DNA of 30,079 nucleotides from Solobacterium sp. UBA1789 (GTDB lineage: Bacteria > Bacillota_I > Bacilli_A > Erysipelotrichales > Erysipelotrichaceae): contig DCGB01000045.1 in the NCBI GenBank assembly GCA_002314515.1, forward strand, positions 9,008 through 39,086, read 5' to 3'. The notes under the pieces were generated by a model. That model was not told where the DNA came from. It worked only from the letters and a program-made list of their open reading frames with translations, and searched no databases. Below, piece after piece: positions 7,857-18,700 of this stretch; positions within the stretch are counted from its first letter, which is position 1; each line of letters starts with the position of its first letter. A program made the position numbers and the translations under genes.

Positions 7857-9074
7857 ATGAAAACTGTTAATCAGTACAAAGGCTTGCAAAAAGAAGTATA
7901 TGTCATCTGTGCCTGTACAGTAATCGATGAACTTGGTTCGCTGATTGGGCCAATGTTTACTTTGATATTGTCAGTTATTATAGGACTTAATGCCACTCAG
8001 ATTGCAGCCTGGGCTTTGATATTTTCTATCTTTTCAATGCCCGCTGGCTTATTGGGTGGAAAGATGGCTGATAAATATAATAAAAAGCTCTTAATCAATA
8101 TCTGTGATATTACATCTTCAATAATCTTTATTGTCTGCGGTCTTTTTACATTAAGCAAAACCAGCATTATTTTTTATCTTTTTGGTACTTTATTACAGAA
8201 AATCGAATCACCATCATATAATGTCCTGATTGGCGATATTACAACCGTCAAAGACCGCGATAAGGCCTATTCTCTGAAATATCTCTGTAAGAATCTAGGC
8301 TGTATGATGGCACCTGTTATTGGCGGCTTCCTGTTAAAAAATAATGCCAATCTGATCTTTATCATCTCTGGCATTATGCAGTTACTATCAATTATTGTCT
8401 TTGATATCTGCATCAAAGAAACCAGAACAACAGCAGACAAAGACAATAAATATGAAGCAATTAAAGATGATACAAACTTCTTTAATGTCTTAAAAAACAA
8501 TAAGATAGTTTTCTATTTTATCCTTATTACTGCCTTTACCATCTTGTGCTATGGTCAGTTTACCTATATCCTGCCTTTGGAATTTTCTAAAGCTTATGGA
8601 GATACAGGTTCAATAATCTATGGCACAGTTTCCTCTGTCAACTGTATTACTGTATTGGTCATTACTTCCTTTGTTACCAACTTCATTTCCCGGTTTACAA
8701 CTCTGGATAAAATGGCCTTAGGTGAAGTATTTGAGCTGTTTGGCTTTATTGGCTTTGTCTTATTTATTAAATCACCCCTTATCTGTTATATAGCCTGCTT
8801 TGTCTTTACAATTGGCGAAATCATTGAAACCATAACTTCTTCAACCTTCTATATCAATCGTATTCCTGCCAATTACCGGGGACGTATATCGTCTTTCAGG
8901 GATGTTTCAATAACTATGGTTGCTGCCGTTGGCAATCTCTTATTTGGTAAATTATATGATAATTTTGGATCAGTAAGCTGGATTGTTATCTTATCAGTAA
9001 TTGTCCTATGTGTAATTGGTTTTAGAAAACTGGAAATTTCTGATAAAAATCAGTATCCAAACTTATATAAATGA
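7857..9074 (+). CDS. Major facilitator superfamily transporter
   Basis: Motif A GGKMADKYNKK, second-half P...RGR..S motif, about 12 TM segments, 405 aa. Confidence 0.9.
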   Translation: MKTVNQYKGLQKEVYVICACTVIDELGSLIGPMFTLILSVIIGLNATQIAAWALIFSIFSMPAGLLGGKMADKYNKKLLINICDITSSIIFIVCGLFTLSKTSIIFYLFGTLLQKIESPSYNVLIGDITTVKDRDKAYSLKYLCKNLGCMMAPVIGGFLLKNNANLIFIISGIMQLLSIIVFDICIKETRTTADKDNKYEAIKDDTNFFNVLKNNKIVFYFILITAFTILCYGQFTYILPLEFSKAYGDTGSIIYGTVSSVNCITVLVITSFVTNFISRFTTLDKMALGEVFELFGFIGFVLFIKSPLICYIACFVFTIGEIIETITSSTFYINRIPANYRGRISSFRDVSITMVAAVGNLLFGKLYDNFGSVSWIVILSVIVLCVIGFRKLEISDKNQYPNLYK

Positions 9075-9077
9075 CAA

Positions 9078-9110
9078 AAGTCATTGCCTGGGCAATGACT
9101 TCTTTATTTT
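9078..9110 (+). terminator. Rho-independent terminator after the MFS gene
   Basis: AAGTCATTGCC-tg-GGCAATGACTT inverted repeat followed by CTTTATTTT. Confidence 0.8.
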
Positions 9111-9190
9111 TCAACTCTAATAGTGAAAGTTTGTGATGTAACATTTAATGAACTGCCATCACTATATGTGAAATATACCGGGATATCTAC

Positions 9191-9219
9191 TGATTCATAA
9201 ACAGCTTTAAGATGAATCA
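9191..9219. promoter_or_regulatory. Inverted repeat upstream of the zinc-ribbon gene (candidate operator)
   Basis: TGATTCAT (9191-9198)-N13-ATGAATCA (9212-9219), just upstream of AT-rich -10-like hexamers (TATATT/TATTAT). Confidence 0.35.
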
Positions 9220-9258
9220 ACTATCGTATATTATTTAAATAGAATAGTGAGGTGTGCC

Positions 9259-10239
9259 ATGAATTTTGTTGATTTAAAAAAAGAAGATATTCTAAATAAT
9301 TTTAAAGAAATCTTTCGAAAAGAACCCTTTTATTCAGAATCATCAAAAAGCTGGATACAGGATGCTTATGGCAGCTGTTATGACTTATATATTTTAGACC
9401 GTAGATATTTTAATCAGGATCTGTATAAAAATAAAGATGACTATAATATCAGCTCCCATTTTTATCAGGATATAACTAATTCCTATAATTTTCATTTTTA
9501 TCAGGCCTATCAGCAAGGACTCATTAACAAAGAAATCTATGACCAGCATAAAGAAGAAAATGTCTACTATCACTGTCATAAGGATGATGACCTGCTTCAT
9601 TATCAGATGCATTGCCCAAAGTGTGGCCAGGAAATTAACATCTATTTAAACAGCAAAACCATGACCAATTCCGGTGGTGTTGTTCCTGTCTGCCCATACT
9701 GTGGTCAGTTTCAGTTATCATTAAATAGTCGAAATAACGAAAATACAAAAGAAGTTCGGATTTTAGAATTGATGCCAGGTGTTAACATCAAAGATCCCTA
9801 TAGTCTATATCCTGTAAGCGATTCTTCAATTGACCGTATTGAATATTTAAGCCAGATAATTCTCAAAGAATGCGAAAATCTTCCTTTCAACGATGAAGAA
9901 AAGCTAAACATTATCAGACAGGTATGTAAACAAAACGATACCATTCTTCATATCATACCTGCAATCCTCAAAGAATGTGCTAATAGTTATGGCTATGACA
10001 GAATTATAGAATTATTACAGGATATTAAAAAAACCGATGATGGAAATACTGTTCTCAGCCGCTATAATATCATAAGCAGACAGAATATTAATCATATCAT
10101 TCCCCCAATGCCTGTTTTAACAAACAACCAGGCTCCAGTAATCAAACAGGAAAACAGAAAGGCAAAAGGATTCTGTAAAAACTGTGGAGCTAAAGTCTAT
10201 GAAAAGTTCTGCCCAGAATGTGGTACACTTTTCGAATAA
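9259..10239 (+). CDS. Hypothetical protein with internal and C-terminal zinc-ribbon motifs
   Basis: CPKC...CPYC and C-terminal CKNC..(9)..CPECG. ATG 9259 follows SD GAGGTG; the track's GTG 9247 is the alternative start. Confidence 0.75.
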   Translation: MNFVDLKKEDILNNFKEIFRKEPFYSESSKSWIQDAYGSCYDLYILDRRYFNQDLYKNKDDYNISSHFYQDITNSYNFHFYQAYQQGLINKEIYDQHKEENVYYHCHKDDDLLHYQMHCPKCGQEINIYLNSKTMTNSGGVVPVCPYCGQFQLSLNSRNNENTKEVRILELMPGVNIKDPYSLYPVSDSSIDRIEYLSQIILKECENLPFNDEEKLNIIRQVCKQNDTILHIIPAILKECANSYGYDRIIELLQDIKKTDDGNTVLSRYNIISRQNINHIIPPMPVLTNNQAPVIKQENRKAKGFCKNCGAKVYEKFCPECGTLFE

Positions 10240-10262
10240 ATAAAGCGATACTTCTGTATCGC
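10235..10262 (-). terminator. Hairpin terminator between convergent transcription units (U-tract on the minus strand)
   Basis: GCGATAC-ttct-GTATCGC (10245-10262); the minus strand continues TTTATTTATT. Confidence 0.65.
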
Positions 10263-10438
10263 CTATTCAAACATCTCACCTGCCTGCATCAATCGCAATT
10301 TAGTTAAATTGTCTTTTTCATCAGTCTTTAAAAATAGATCATTACCAGTTTGATAAGTTTCTGAACTTTATCGACAGCTGAGTCTTTTACTGTTTTGCCA
10401 TCAAGGTATTTTTCTATTATTGGCGGATATTAATTCAC
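10263..10438 (-). pseudogene. Probable decayed N-terminal fragment of an aminoglycoside-phosphotransferase-like kinase
   Basis: GTG AAT TAA then YPPIIEKYLDGKTVKDSAVDK. Adding one A in the run at 10367-10369 continues the frame as SSETYQTGNDLFLKTDEKDNLTKLRLMQAGEMFE*, with TAG directly before the terminator. The resemblance to APH(3') N-termini is by eye only. Confidence 0.35.
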
Positions 10439-10443
10439 AACCG

Positions 10444-11274
10444 CTAAATCACCTTTCGATAACACTGGTAATTACCAACACAGACAAAACCACATTCCTT
10501 AACAAATTCTTCATATTCTTTTTCAGCAAAATAGGTTACGATCTTATATCCGTTATTTTTGGCATCAGCCAATGCACCAGTTAATAAATCACCATAGACA
10601 TTCTTGTCATCCATGATGTCAACACCATATATTTCTACCCACCTGTCATCATGTATTCTGTAATAGGCAGCTGCCTTATCTTTCATAAGAAGGATTACCC
10701 ATTCATCCAGACAATCATATATCCTGTCACTATTCCAATACATGCCATCTTCAATTGATTTATGGATGTTACGAAAGAGATCGAAATTGTTTTTATCAAT
10801 TCTGATTAAGTCTTTTTCTTCCAGATTCTGACAATTATCTAAAAAGGCTGTGTTATTATAGTCGTCTTCAATACATTCAAAACCCTGTTCTTTTAAACAG
10901 TTGACTGCATCCCTGTTTTCAGAAGGAAAACCAAACAGTAGTTCATAAGCCTGATATTTATTTTTAAGATAATCTATGAATTCTTCTAATGCTATCTTTG
11001 TTTCTCTATTGATATTAAAAGAACTGAGTTCAAGATATTTATCATTTTCATAATAGAAATAATGGATCATTCCTTCGATTCTGCCATCCATTTCGAATAT
11101 CATAATTTCTTCATTATCACGTTCAAACGCCTTTAATGACCTTTCGATGAAATCCTCTTTTGTTTTGATGCCATCACAATATGTTGGATAACAGGACTTA
11201 GTGATATCCGTTGCCAGCTGATAAAAGAAATCACAATTATCTATAAATTCATTTCTGTTACAAGTTCTAAGCAT
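10444..11274 (-). CDS. Hypothetical protein, probable tandem GNAT-fold acetyltransferase
   Basis: Start revised to ATG 11274 (SD GAGGGG); GTG 11322 is the alternative. Two alpha/beta halves, each ending in a GNAT-like motif B (L..QGFECIED; FVKECGFVCVG). Confidence 0.55.
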   Translation of the reverse strand: MLRTCNRNEFIDNCDFFYQLATDITKSCYPTYCDGIKTKEDFIERSLKAFERDNEEIMIFEMDGRIEGMIHYFYYENDKYLELSSFNINRETKIALEEFIDYLKNKYQAYELLFGFPSENRDAVNCLKEQGFECIEDDYNNTAFLDNCQNLEEKDLIRIDKNNFDLFRNIHKSIEDGMYWNSDRIYDCLDEWVILLMKDKAAAYYRIHDDRWVEIYGVDIMDDKNVYGDLLTGALADAKNNGYKIVTYFAEKEYEEFVKECGFVCVGNYQCYRKVI

Positions 11275-11314
11275 TCTATTCCCCTCTAAAAGACAAAAGA
11301 CTGCTATTGCAGTC

Positions 11315-12631
11315 TTATTCACTTACTTCCTCATTGCTGGTATCCAGTACTTTCAACAACTCAACGGCATTGGCATAAGTTTCAGTACCACTCTTCATCT
11401 CAACAACAGCTTCAAGATCTTTACGCAGATTATCCATATCACCAACCTGTGAATAACACAAAGCACGATTATAAAGACTATCTTCTGTCAAAGTATCATA
11501 TTCAATGGTTAAAGTGAAATCAGTAATAGCATCATCATATTTAGTTAAAGCAAAATTACACAAAGCTCTTAAATAAACAACCTCATAATGCGTATTATAA
11601 GTATTCAAGTAAACATTGAATGATTTTACTGCCGTCTTATAATAACCCAGCTGCATTTCAGCGATACCCTGCCATTTATAATAATCAATAGCCTGCTCAT
11701 CTTCGCCATAATGCTTAATAGCTAATTCAGCCAGTTTATACATAGTCTGATAATCATCTATCTGATAAGCACATTCAATGGCACTCTCTAGTAATTCATA
11801 TTCTTCGTTATCAATATGCGCAACATAAATATCCAAAGCTTTCTGATAAAAACCTAAGGCACTATAGAAAGAAGCACATAATATTTCCTCATTAAATTCA
11901 ATATCTGATAATTCTTTATATTCATGGGCATCTTCCATAGCTGCAGCCAAATCATCTTTCAATAAATTAGCCTGTAACCGGTATAAGATTAAATCTCCCT
12001 TCTTATCCGGATATTTTTCCATCGCAGCATTAACTGTATTGATAGCACCCTGATATTCATTGATATTGATATACATTGTCAATACTGTTTCATATTGTTC
12101 AAAAGTCAAATCATTGTTATCAGCGTATTTTTTAACATTGATCAGAGCCTGGGCATAATCACCCTGCTGCAGATAAGCTTCTGACAGATAAAGCAAGGCG
12201 TTGTTATTGGTGTCATCATATTCCAAAGACTTCTTTAAGTAGTCCACTGCATCCTTGTATTCACCAAGCTGACAATCAATAATACCAACCTTTCGATATA
12301 CCTGAGCAATCTTTTCGTTATCATCGGTATAATCCAAAGCCAAAAGATAATCCTCAATAGCCTTTTTATAATCTTCCTTATATTCATCCATAAAGGCATT
12401 AAGAAAACATTCTTCAAAAGTATCAATCTTCTCATTAGACTTTAAATACAGTTTAATTTCACTGATAACTTCATTAGTAATCTCTGCCTCATCATCTGTA
12501 ACGATGGCGATAAGTTCTTCCATCTTTAACTTGCGATAAAATTTGACCGAATAATTGACACATGTCGTCAACAAGGCAATAACGCAGATAACTATTAAGA
12601 CTTTTTTTAGGAATTTACCGATTTTATTCAT
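11315..12631 (-). CDS. Membrane-anchored tetratricopeptide repeat protein
   Basis: N-terminal basic stretch plus hydrophobic helix (MNKIGKFLKKVLIVICVIALLTTC). Multiple TPR consensus units, e.g. AQVYRKVGIIDCQLGEYKDAVDYLKKSLEYD and SLYNRALCYSQVGD. Start set to ATG 12631; the track uses 12652. Confidence 0.85.
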   Translation of the reverse strand: MNKIGKFLKKVLIVICVIALLTTCVNYSVKFYRKLKMEELIAIVTDDEAEITNEVISEIKLYLKSNEKIDTFEECFLNAFMDEYKEDYKKAIEDYLLALDYTDDNEKIAQVYRKVGIIDCQLGEYKDAVDYLKKSLEYDDTNNNALLYLSEAYLQQGDYAQALINVKKYADNNDLTFEQYETVLTMYININEYQGAINTVNAAMEKYPDKKGDLILYRLQANLLKDDLAAAMEDAHEYKELSDIEFNEEILCASFYSALGFYQKALDIYVAHIDNEEYELLESAIECAYQIDDYQTMYKLAELAIKHYGEDEQAIDYYKWQGIAEMQLGYYKTAVKSFNVYLNTYNTHYEVVYLRALCNFALTKYDDAITDFTLTIEYDTLTEDSLYNRALCYSQVGDMDNLRKDLEAVVEMKSGTETYANAVELLKVLDTSNEEVSE

Positions 12632-12648
12632 ATTTGAACCCCAATCAT

Positions 12649-12680
12649 ACAAACAGCTGAATTTTTATCCAGCTGTTTGT
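12649..12680 (-). terminator. 11-bp hairpin between the giant gene and the TPR gene (weak terminator, stabiliser or operator)
   Basis: ACAAACAGCTG-N10-CAGCTGTTTGT; no clear U-tract follows on the minus strand. Confidence 0.5.
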
Positions 12681-12703
12681 TTGTTTAATATTATTTTAAC
12701 TTA

Positions 12704-15700
12704 CTACTCGTCATTTTTCTTCTTCTTTTTTACAAGGAAGAAATAAATTGCAGCAGCAGCTAGACCGACACCGACAACAACAGGTAAGTAGTTAGGACTT
12801 TCAGCAGCAATCTCATCGACTACTTCTTCAACATCTTCAACTACTTCCTCCTGCTTAGGCTCTTCTTCTTTTTCCATCCGCTCTGGGATATGTTCGTCGA
12901 TATACTTCAATACAAGCTTACTGAAGTACTGACGGATAATACCCTTTTCAGTGATTCCCAGAGTATTGAGGATATCCAAACCTTCAAGGCCTTCTTCAGT
13001 GATAACAACATATGATACTGCTGTATCCTTCTTCAAGCCACGGGAATTGAATATTGCGTTGCCATCTCTTACGATACCCTCTGCTACATATACATGACCC
13101 TTAATTGAAGTCAATGCATAGACGGTTGTACCGTTTTCAAGCTCACAATCCTCAGGCAATCTAACGATTACGATAATACCGTATGTGTTATACTTAGCCT
13201 CAACATTCATACCAGCTAAGAAGTACTCACTATCAGCAGCCTTCTTCAGCAGATCGTAACCTTCAACTTCTGGATCAAGATCTAAGGCAGAGAATTCGAA
13301 CTTGGCACTTCTTGGCAAGAAACCAACAACTCCACCTAAGTCAGTTACTTCGTCCCATCTTGTTCTCAGACGATATCTGATAGGTTCACTAGCAACAGAA
13401 GCCTTATTCTTGAGAATTCTATAGTTCAGATGACCATAGATAGTATTTGTAACGACTTCTTTAGCACCGCGAATTCTTAATTCTTCAACTGGAGTACCGA
13501 TATTACCATTAGAGTTAATGTAAATTTCTTCGCCCTTAATGATGCCATCATCACCAGTTCTCAGATTACCTTCATCAGTAATGAAGATCTGCTTACCTTC
13601 CAGATTATCAATCTTCAATTCTTCTGAAGAATTAGAGATGTTGATATTATCACCACTCATATCCAATTCATCAGTAATCAGATTGATAGAACCAGGAAGC
13701 TTCTTAACACGACCATCTTCATTGCTCTGTTCAACATTTTCATTGAACTGATCCTTAGTTTCCTCAGTTACAACACCAATGTCGCCCTTAGCCTTTAATG
13801 TGACCTTATCAGCATTAATGATAGAATCATCATCCTCAGGAGTAGCACTACCATTTAAATTCAGATATACGTTGTTATTAGCAGTAATATCACCTAGTTC
13901 AGTATTTTCCTTATTACTGTTGTTCAATGCGATATCATCAGCAGTACCCTTAATGCCCTTAACATCAACATTTAATGGCTTATTTTCAGTACCAACAGAA
14001 TGAGTACCATCAGATTCTTCTTCAGAACCTGTAATAGCAACAGCTTCAAAGTCATTACCCTTAATTACTGGAGACTTAGCAGCAGCACTTGTAATATTGC
14101 CTAATGTTTCAAGTCTGACATCATCTTCAGCAACAACCTGAACAAGTCTCAAACTATCTTCGCTGGCAATATCAACACCACCATTAGCAACCAGATCCAA
14201 AGTACCCTTGATGTCAGTAGTAATCATCTGACTCTTAACACCATCTACATCTTCACCGGCATCACCGAAGCCACCACCAGTTCTGATTACAGCATTACCA
14301 TTAACTGTTAATGTTGCATCCTGAGCATCATCAAGGCTTCTACCAATCTTAGCTTCATCGCTTGTATCACCCTTTTCAACAGTGATTGTAGTATCATCAA
14401 CATTCAACTGATTAGCAGCACTATTTCTAATAATATCCTTATTAGAAGTACCGGAAATACCATTTTCAGCAGAGATGCTATTGAATTCTTCCTGCAATTC
14501 TTCGTTTTCTCTTATCAGAGAATACACACGATCATTCAGAACATCAAATTCTTCCTGGAGATCCTGCTCTTTTTCATATTCCTTAGCAAGATTATTCTGA
14601 GTTTCTCTGATCAAGGAGATCTGATCTTCAACTTCCTTACGAGTATCAAGAGGAAGCTTACTGTAATCAACATCATCTGGTCTGATATCAGTTGCAACAG
14701 TATTTTCTGTTAAAGACTGACCAATCAGATATTCATAGTCAACAGCATCCTTAACCAGATCCTTCAAACGATTAACCTGTTTCTCTAATTCTTTTTCAGC
14801 ATTATAGACAACAGTCTTCTGAGCATTCAGAGCACTTCTAGCCTTAGCCCAATCACCAGCAGGAGTAGTACCAGAAGCTAAACGAGTCAAGTCAGAAATC
14901 TCATCGTTATTTGAATTGATCTTGTTATCAATATGAATCAGTTCGTTAGTTACTTCTTCCTGATCAACAATGTCACGCAACTGACTAATCTGTTGTGCCT
15001 TTGTATTTAAGTCGTTGTTTGCGGCATCCAGTTCATCTTTAGCATCAGCCATAGCGTTTTCAGCATTGACATATGCTCTATATAGCTTCATGAATTCTGA
15101 ATCCTTCATCAGCTTATTCAGAATCTCATTATACTGTTCGCCATTAACCAGCGACTGATGTTTAACTCCTAATTTAGCAACGATTGTATCAAATGCTAAC
15201 TTAGCCTTGTTATATGCTTCTTCAGCATTCTTGTAAGCTACTGTCTTTTCATCAACAATTCTCTGAAGTGCAACGATTTCATCATATGACTTAATTAACT
15301 GCTTATAAGTATCAACAGTAATCTGAGCCTGACTTTCATTTCCGCTGCCCAGTTCTTCAAACTCGTCGATTGCATCAGTAATACCTAAGATAGTATTCTG
15401 ATAATCAACAACAGCCTTAATAATATCTTCCTTAGAAGATTCAACAGTTAAACCAAGAACCTCTAATAATGCGATATCATCAGCAGTCAGATTATTCAAA
15501 TCAGTAACAGTTAATCTTTCAGCATCGCTAACAAGCTTATCAACCAGTAATGCTTCATCAATTGCCTTCTGAATAGTAGCTATTACTGTACTATCCTTAT
15601 TAGCATCAACTGCCTGAACCATTGCGTTTGTTGCAGCATAGATATATCTCTTAGCTAATTCATTGTTTGCAGATAAATCACTACCCTCTGCTTCATTTCT

Positions 15701-18700
15701 ATGAATAGCCTCATCCAATGCCATCTGAGCTTCAACCATCTTCTTCAAAGCATCAAGTTCATCAGCACGCTCATTCAATGCAGCAGTAGCCTCATCGATA
15801 GTACCATTTACCTTTGTAAGTTCATCTAATGCTCTGATTGCCTTTCTGATATCTTTATCAAGAGCAAGAACATTATCTCTCAACTGAGAGCGCTCATCTT
15901 TTATAGCCTGAATAGCTACAGGATCAGTTTCTGTTAACAGCAATGCATCAAGTTCTTTGATTCTATCTTTATAAGCATTCCGTTCAGTAGTCTTTCTTGT
16001 GATATAATCAGGAACATTTGTGTTATAAGCTACAGCATCTTCATATTCCTTAGTTAATGCTTCAATTTCATCATTGATAGCGCTGTATTCAGCATTAGCA
16101 ACTCTGATTTCCTCTCTCTTAGCATTAACCAGACTTGTAGCATCAGCTAAAGCCTTTTCCTTAGCAACAAGTTCAGCTAAAGCCTTATGAATATCATCCT
16201 TAGTAGCATTTGGATCATTCTTCAATGCTACCAGATCAATCTTGTTGTAGTTATCAAGATCAGTCTGCTTAGCTTCCAGGTCTAGGAGCAATGCATCCAG
16301 TTCACCACATAATGAACCGATTTCATCATTCTTAGCGGTTGCTTCATCATTCTTATCAATGATAGCCTGCTCAAGATCTTTTACCTTTTGAGCACTATGA
16401 TTATTATCCAGACTAGCCTTATAAGCTAATGCTGACTCTAATTCATTCTTAGCCTCATTGTAGGCATACTGTCTATCAGCCAATTCGATTAATAGAGCAG
16501 ATAATGAATTATCATTACCATCAACCAGATAACCAGCTGCATTCAATACTAATTCACCATCCGCAACTGATCTGCCTAAGATAGCAGAACCGCTTACTTC
16601 AGCATCATTAGCACTATCTTCAAGAATATTCAGATAAACATTCTTACCATTGAAATCAACCTTACCAACCTGCTTTTCGCCTTCATAGTAGTAAGTTACC
16701 TTATCAGTGATTTCAAATGGCTTAGCCTTAGTACCGATATCACCAACTGTATTGATAGATACGGAACCCTTAGCATAGATATGACCACTTAATACCTTAG
16801 TGTCAGGATTCATGTCATTCAATACTACTGAACCATAATCAGAGATAACATCAATCTCGTAATGAGAATCAGCACAAGTAGCATTTAAGACCAGAATGTC
16901 CTTAACCTTCAGATTTACATCCTTATCCGTTGTACGTAATGTCAATCCACCGACTAACTTACCATCTTCATCGATTGTACCAACTGAAACAAGCAAAGGA
17001 TTTTCCTTAGTACCAAATACCGGATTTACATCATCTTCACCAGTAGTGAATGTTGCATTACCCTTAGCATAGATATTTGGAGTATTATCTGCCTTCTGCT
17101 GCTCAGTTCTACCATCATTGATATCTTCCGGAATGATGTAACTTAAGTCATTTTCAGCATGGATCTCACCGATATTGACACTACCGGTAGTCTCAACCAT
17201 GTATAAGTCACCACCCATAGCAACGGCATTTACTGTCATTGGCTTAGAGTAGTCATAAATTCTCAACCAGTAGTATTCTACTGCAAGCTCGATACCATAT
17301 GTTGACTTAACACCATCGGCATCTACCATCTCAGCAATGTAACGGTAACCTGCTGGAACAACATTGTTATCATCAGCAAATGTACCAACATTTTCTTCTA
17401 ATAAAGTAATCAGATTGCTAGCGCCAATTACCTTGTAACCATGTACATATTCCTTAGAAGTCGGATAGTAGAATTCGTTGTAATAAACATCATATGCAGC
17501 CTGCTTATCAGCAAAGTATTCTAAGTACTTCTGACCATAGAACTGATCAATCAGATCACCACGGTTATATGTACCGAAACCGTAAGGATCATTATTACCA
17601 GTTACATTTACTACCTTTTCATATGTGTAAGAACGAGTTTCAGTTAATAACGGACTGAATCTGCTACCAATAGAACCAGCAGCATACAACGTCAAGTTAC
17701 CACCGATAATATGTAATTTTTCGAAATTCTTAACTGAATCCTGGTCACATAAACCAACTCTTGGACCTAAATTCAGGAAGAAGTTCTGAGCAAACAGACT
17801 ATCAAGTTCAACTGGATTAGTCCATGCACCATTTACATAGGCATTTTCATAATCTAAGCCATCATTCCTATAAATCCATTCCTGCTTAGCGAAATCTTCA
17901 TTTGTAACCTCATCCAAGTCAGCAGCATAGATACTACCGCCCAGGTTCTTGATAGTTACATCGCCATATTCTGAACGAACATTAGTAAGAATAATATCAC
18001 TTATTCTCTTACCATCTTTATTGTGGTTAATAGCGACTTTACCAGCTGCAGCTCTAGCTAAGATCATTGGTCTTAATTCAGTATCAGCAGCATTAGGATC
18101 AACTGTGATAGTGATATCACCGGTGTTATAGATATGAGCAGAGCCATACATTTCACCGATAACCATCTCAAAGTCTCTACCATTAGCAACTACATGAGTA
18201 TTAATTAATGAATAGAGTTCATTGCGTAAATCAGCTAAAGCATTTCTAGCAGCAATAACATCAGCTACTGCAAGCATCATATCTTCTCTAGCTAACTTCA
18301 GATAATCAGCAGTTAAAGTCTTATCTAAAGAGAATGTTTCATAAGCACCCTGTTTAGCAGCCAAAGTCTTTTCAGCAGCCTCTAAAGCTTTAATAGCCTT
18401 AGTATAAGCAGAATCTTCACCCTGGTCAGGATCCCCGACCACAATCTCCTTAACTCTATCAACTATTTCTCTTGCCTGATCTTCATCAGCGAAAGAGTCA
18501 CATAATTCTTTATATCTCTGAGTTAATAACTGAATTCTAGCCTCAACCTGAGCAATAGTCAGATAAGTAGCCTCAGCTTCACTTACCTTGTTCTCATAAG
18601 AAACCTTTAAGTTAAAGATTGACTTAGTATTACTGATCTTAGTACTGAAATCAACACCACTATTAGTAGCCAACTGATTTAATTCATTCATCAGTTCTTC

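Noticed and set aside
12560-12631. Lipoprotein signal on the TPR protein (LLTTC)
   Set aside because: Thr at -1 does not fit the [LVI][ASTVI][GAS]C lipobox; an uncleaved TM anchor is the simpler reading.
8267-12746. ORFs 8267-8500, 9394-9612, 12235-12435 and 12555-12746
   Set aside because: Antisense or off-frame shadows of longer, motif-bearing genes.
17555-17563. RGD(L) integrin-binding tripeptide in the giant protein
   Set aside because: About one RGD is expected by chance in ~5,800 residues of this composition, and there is no evidence for loop exposure or conservation.
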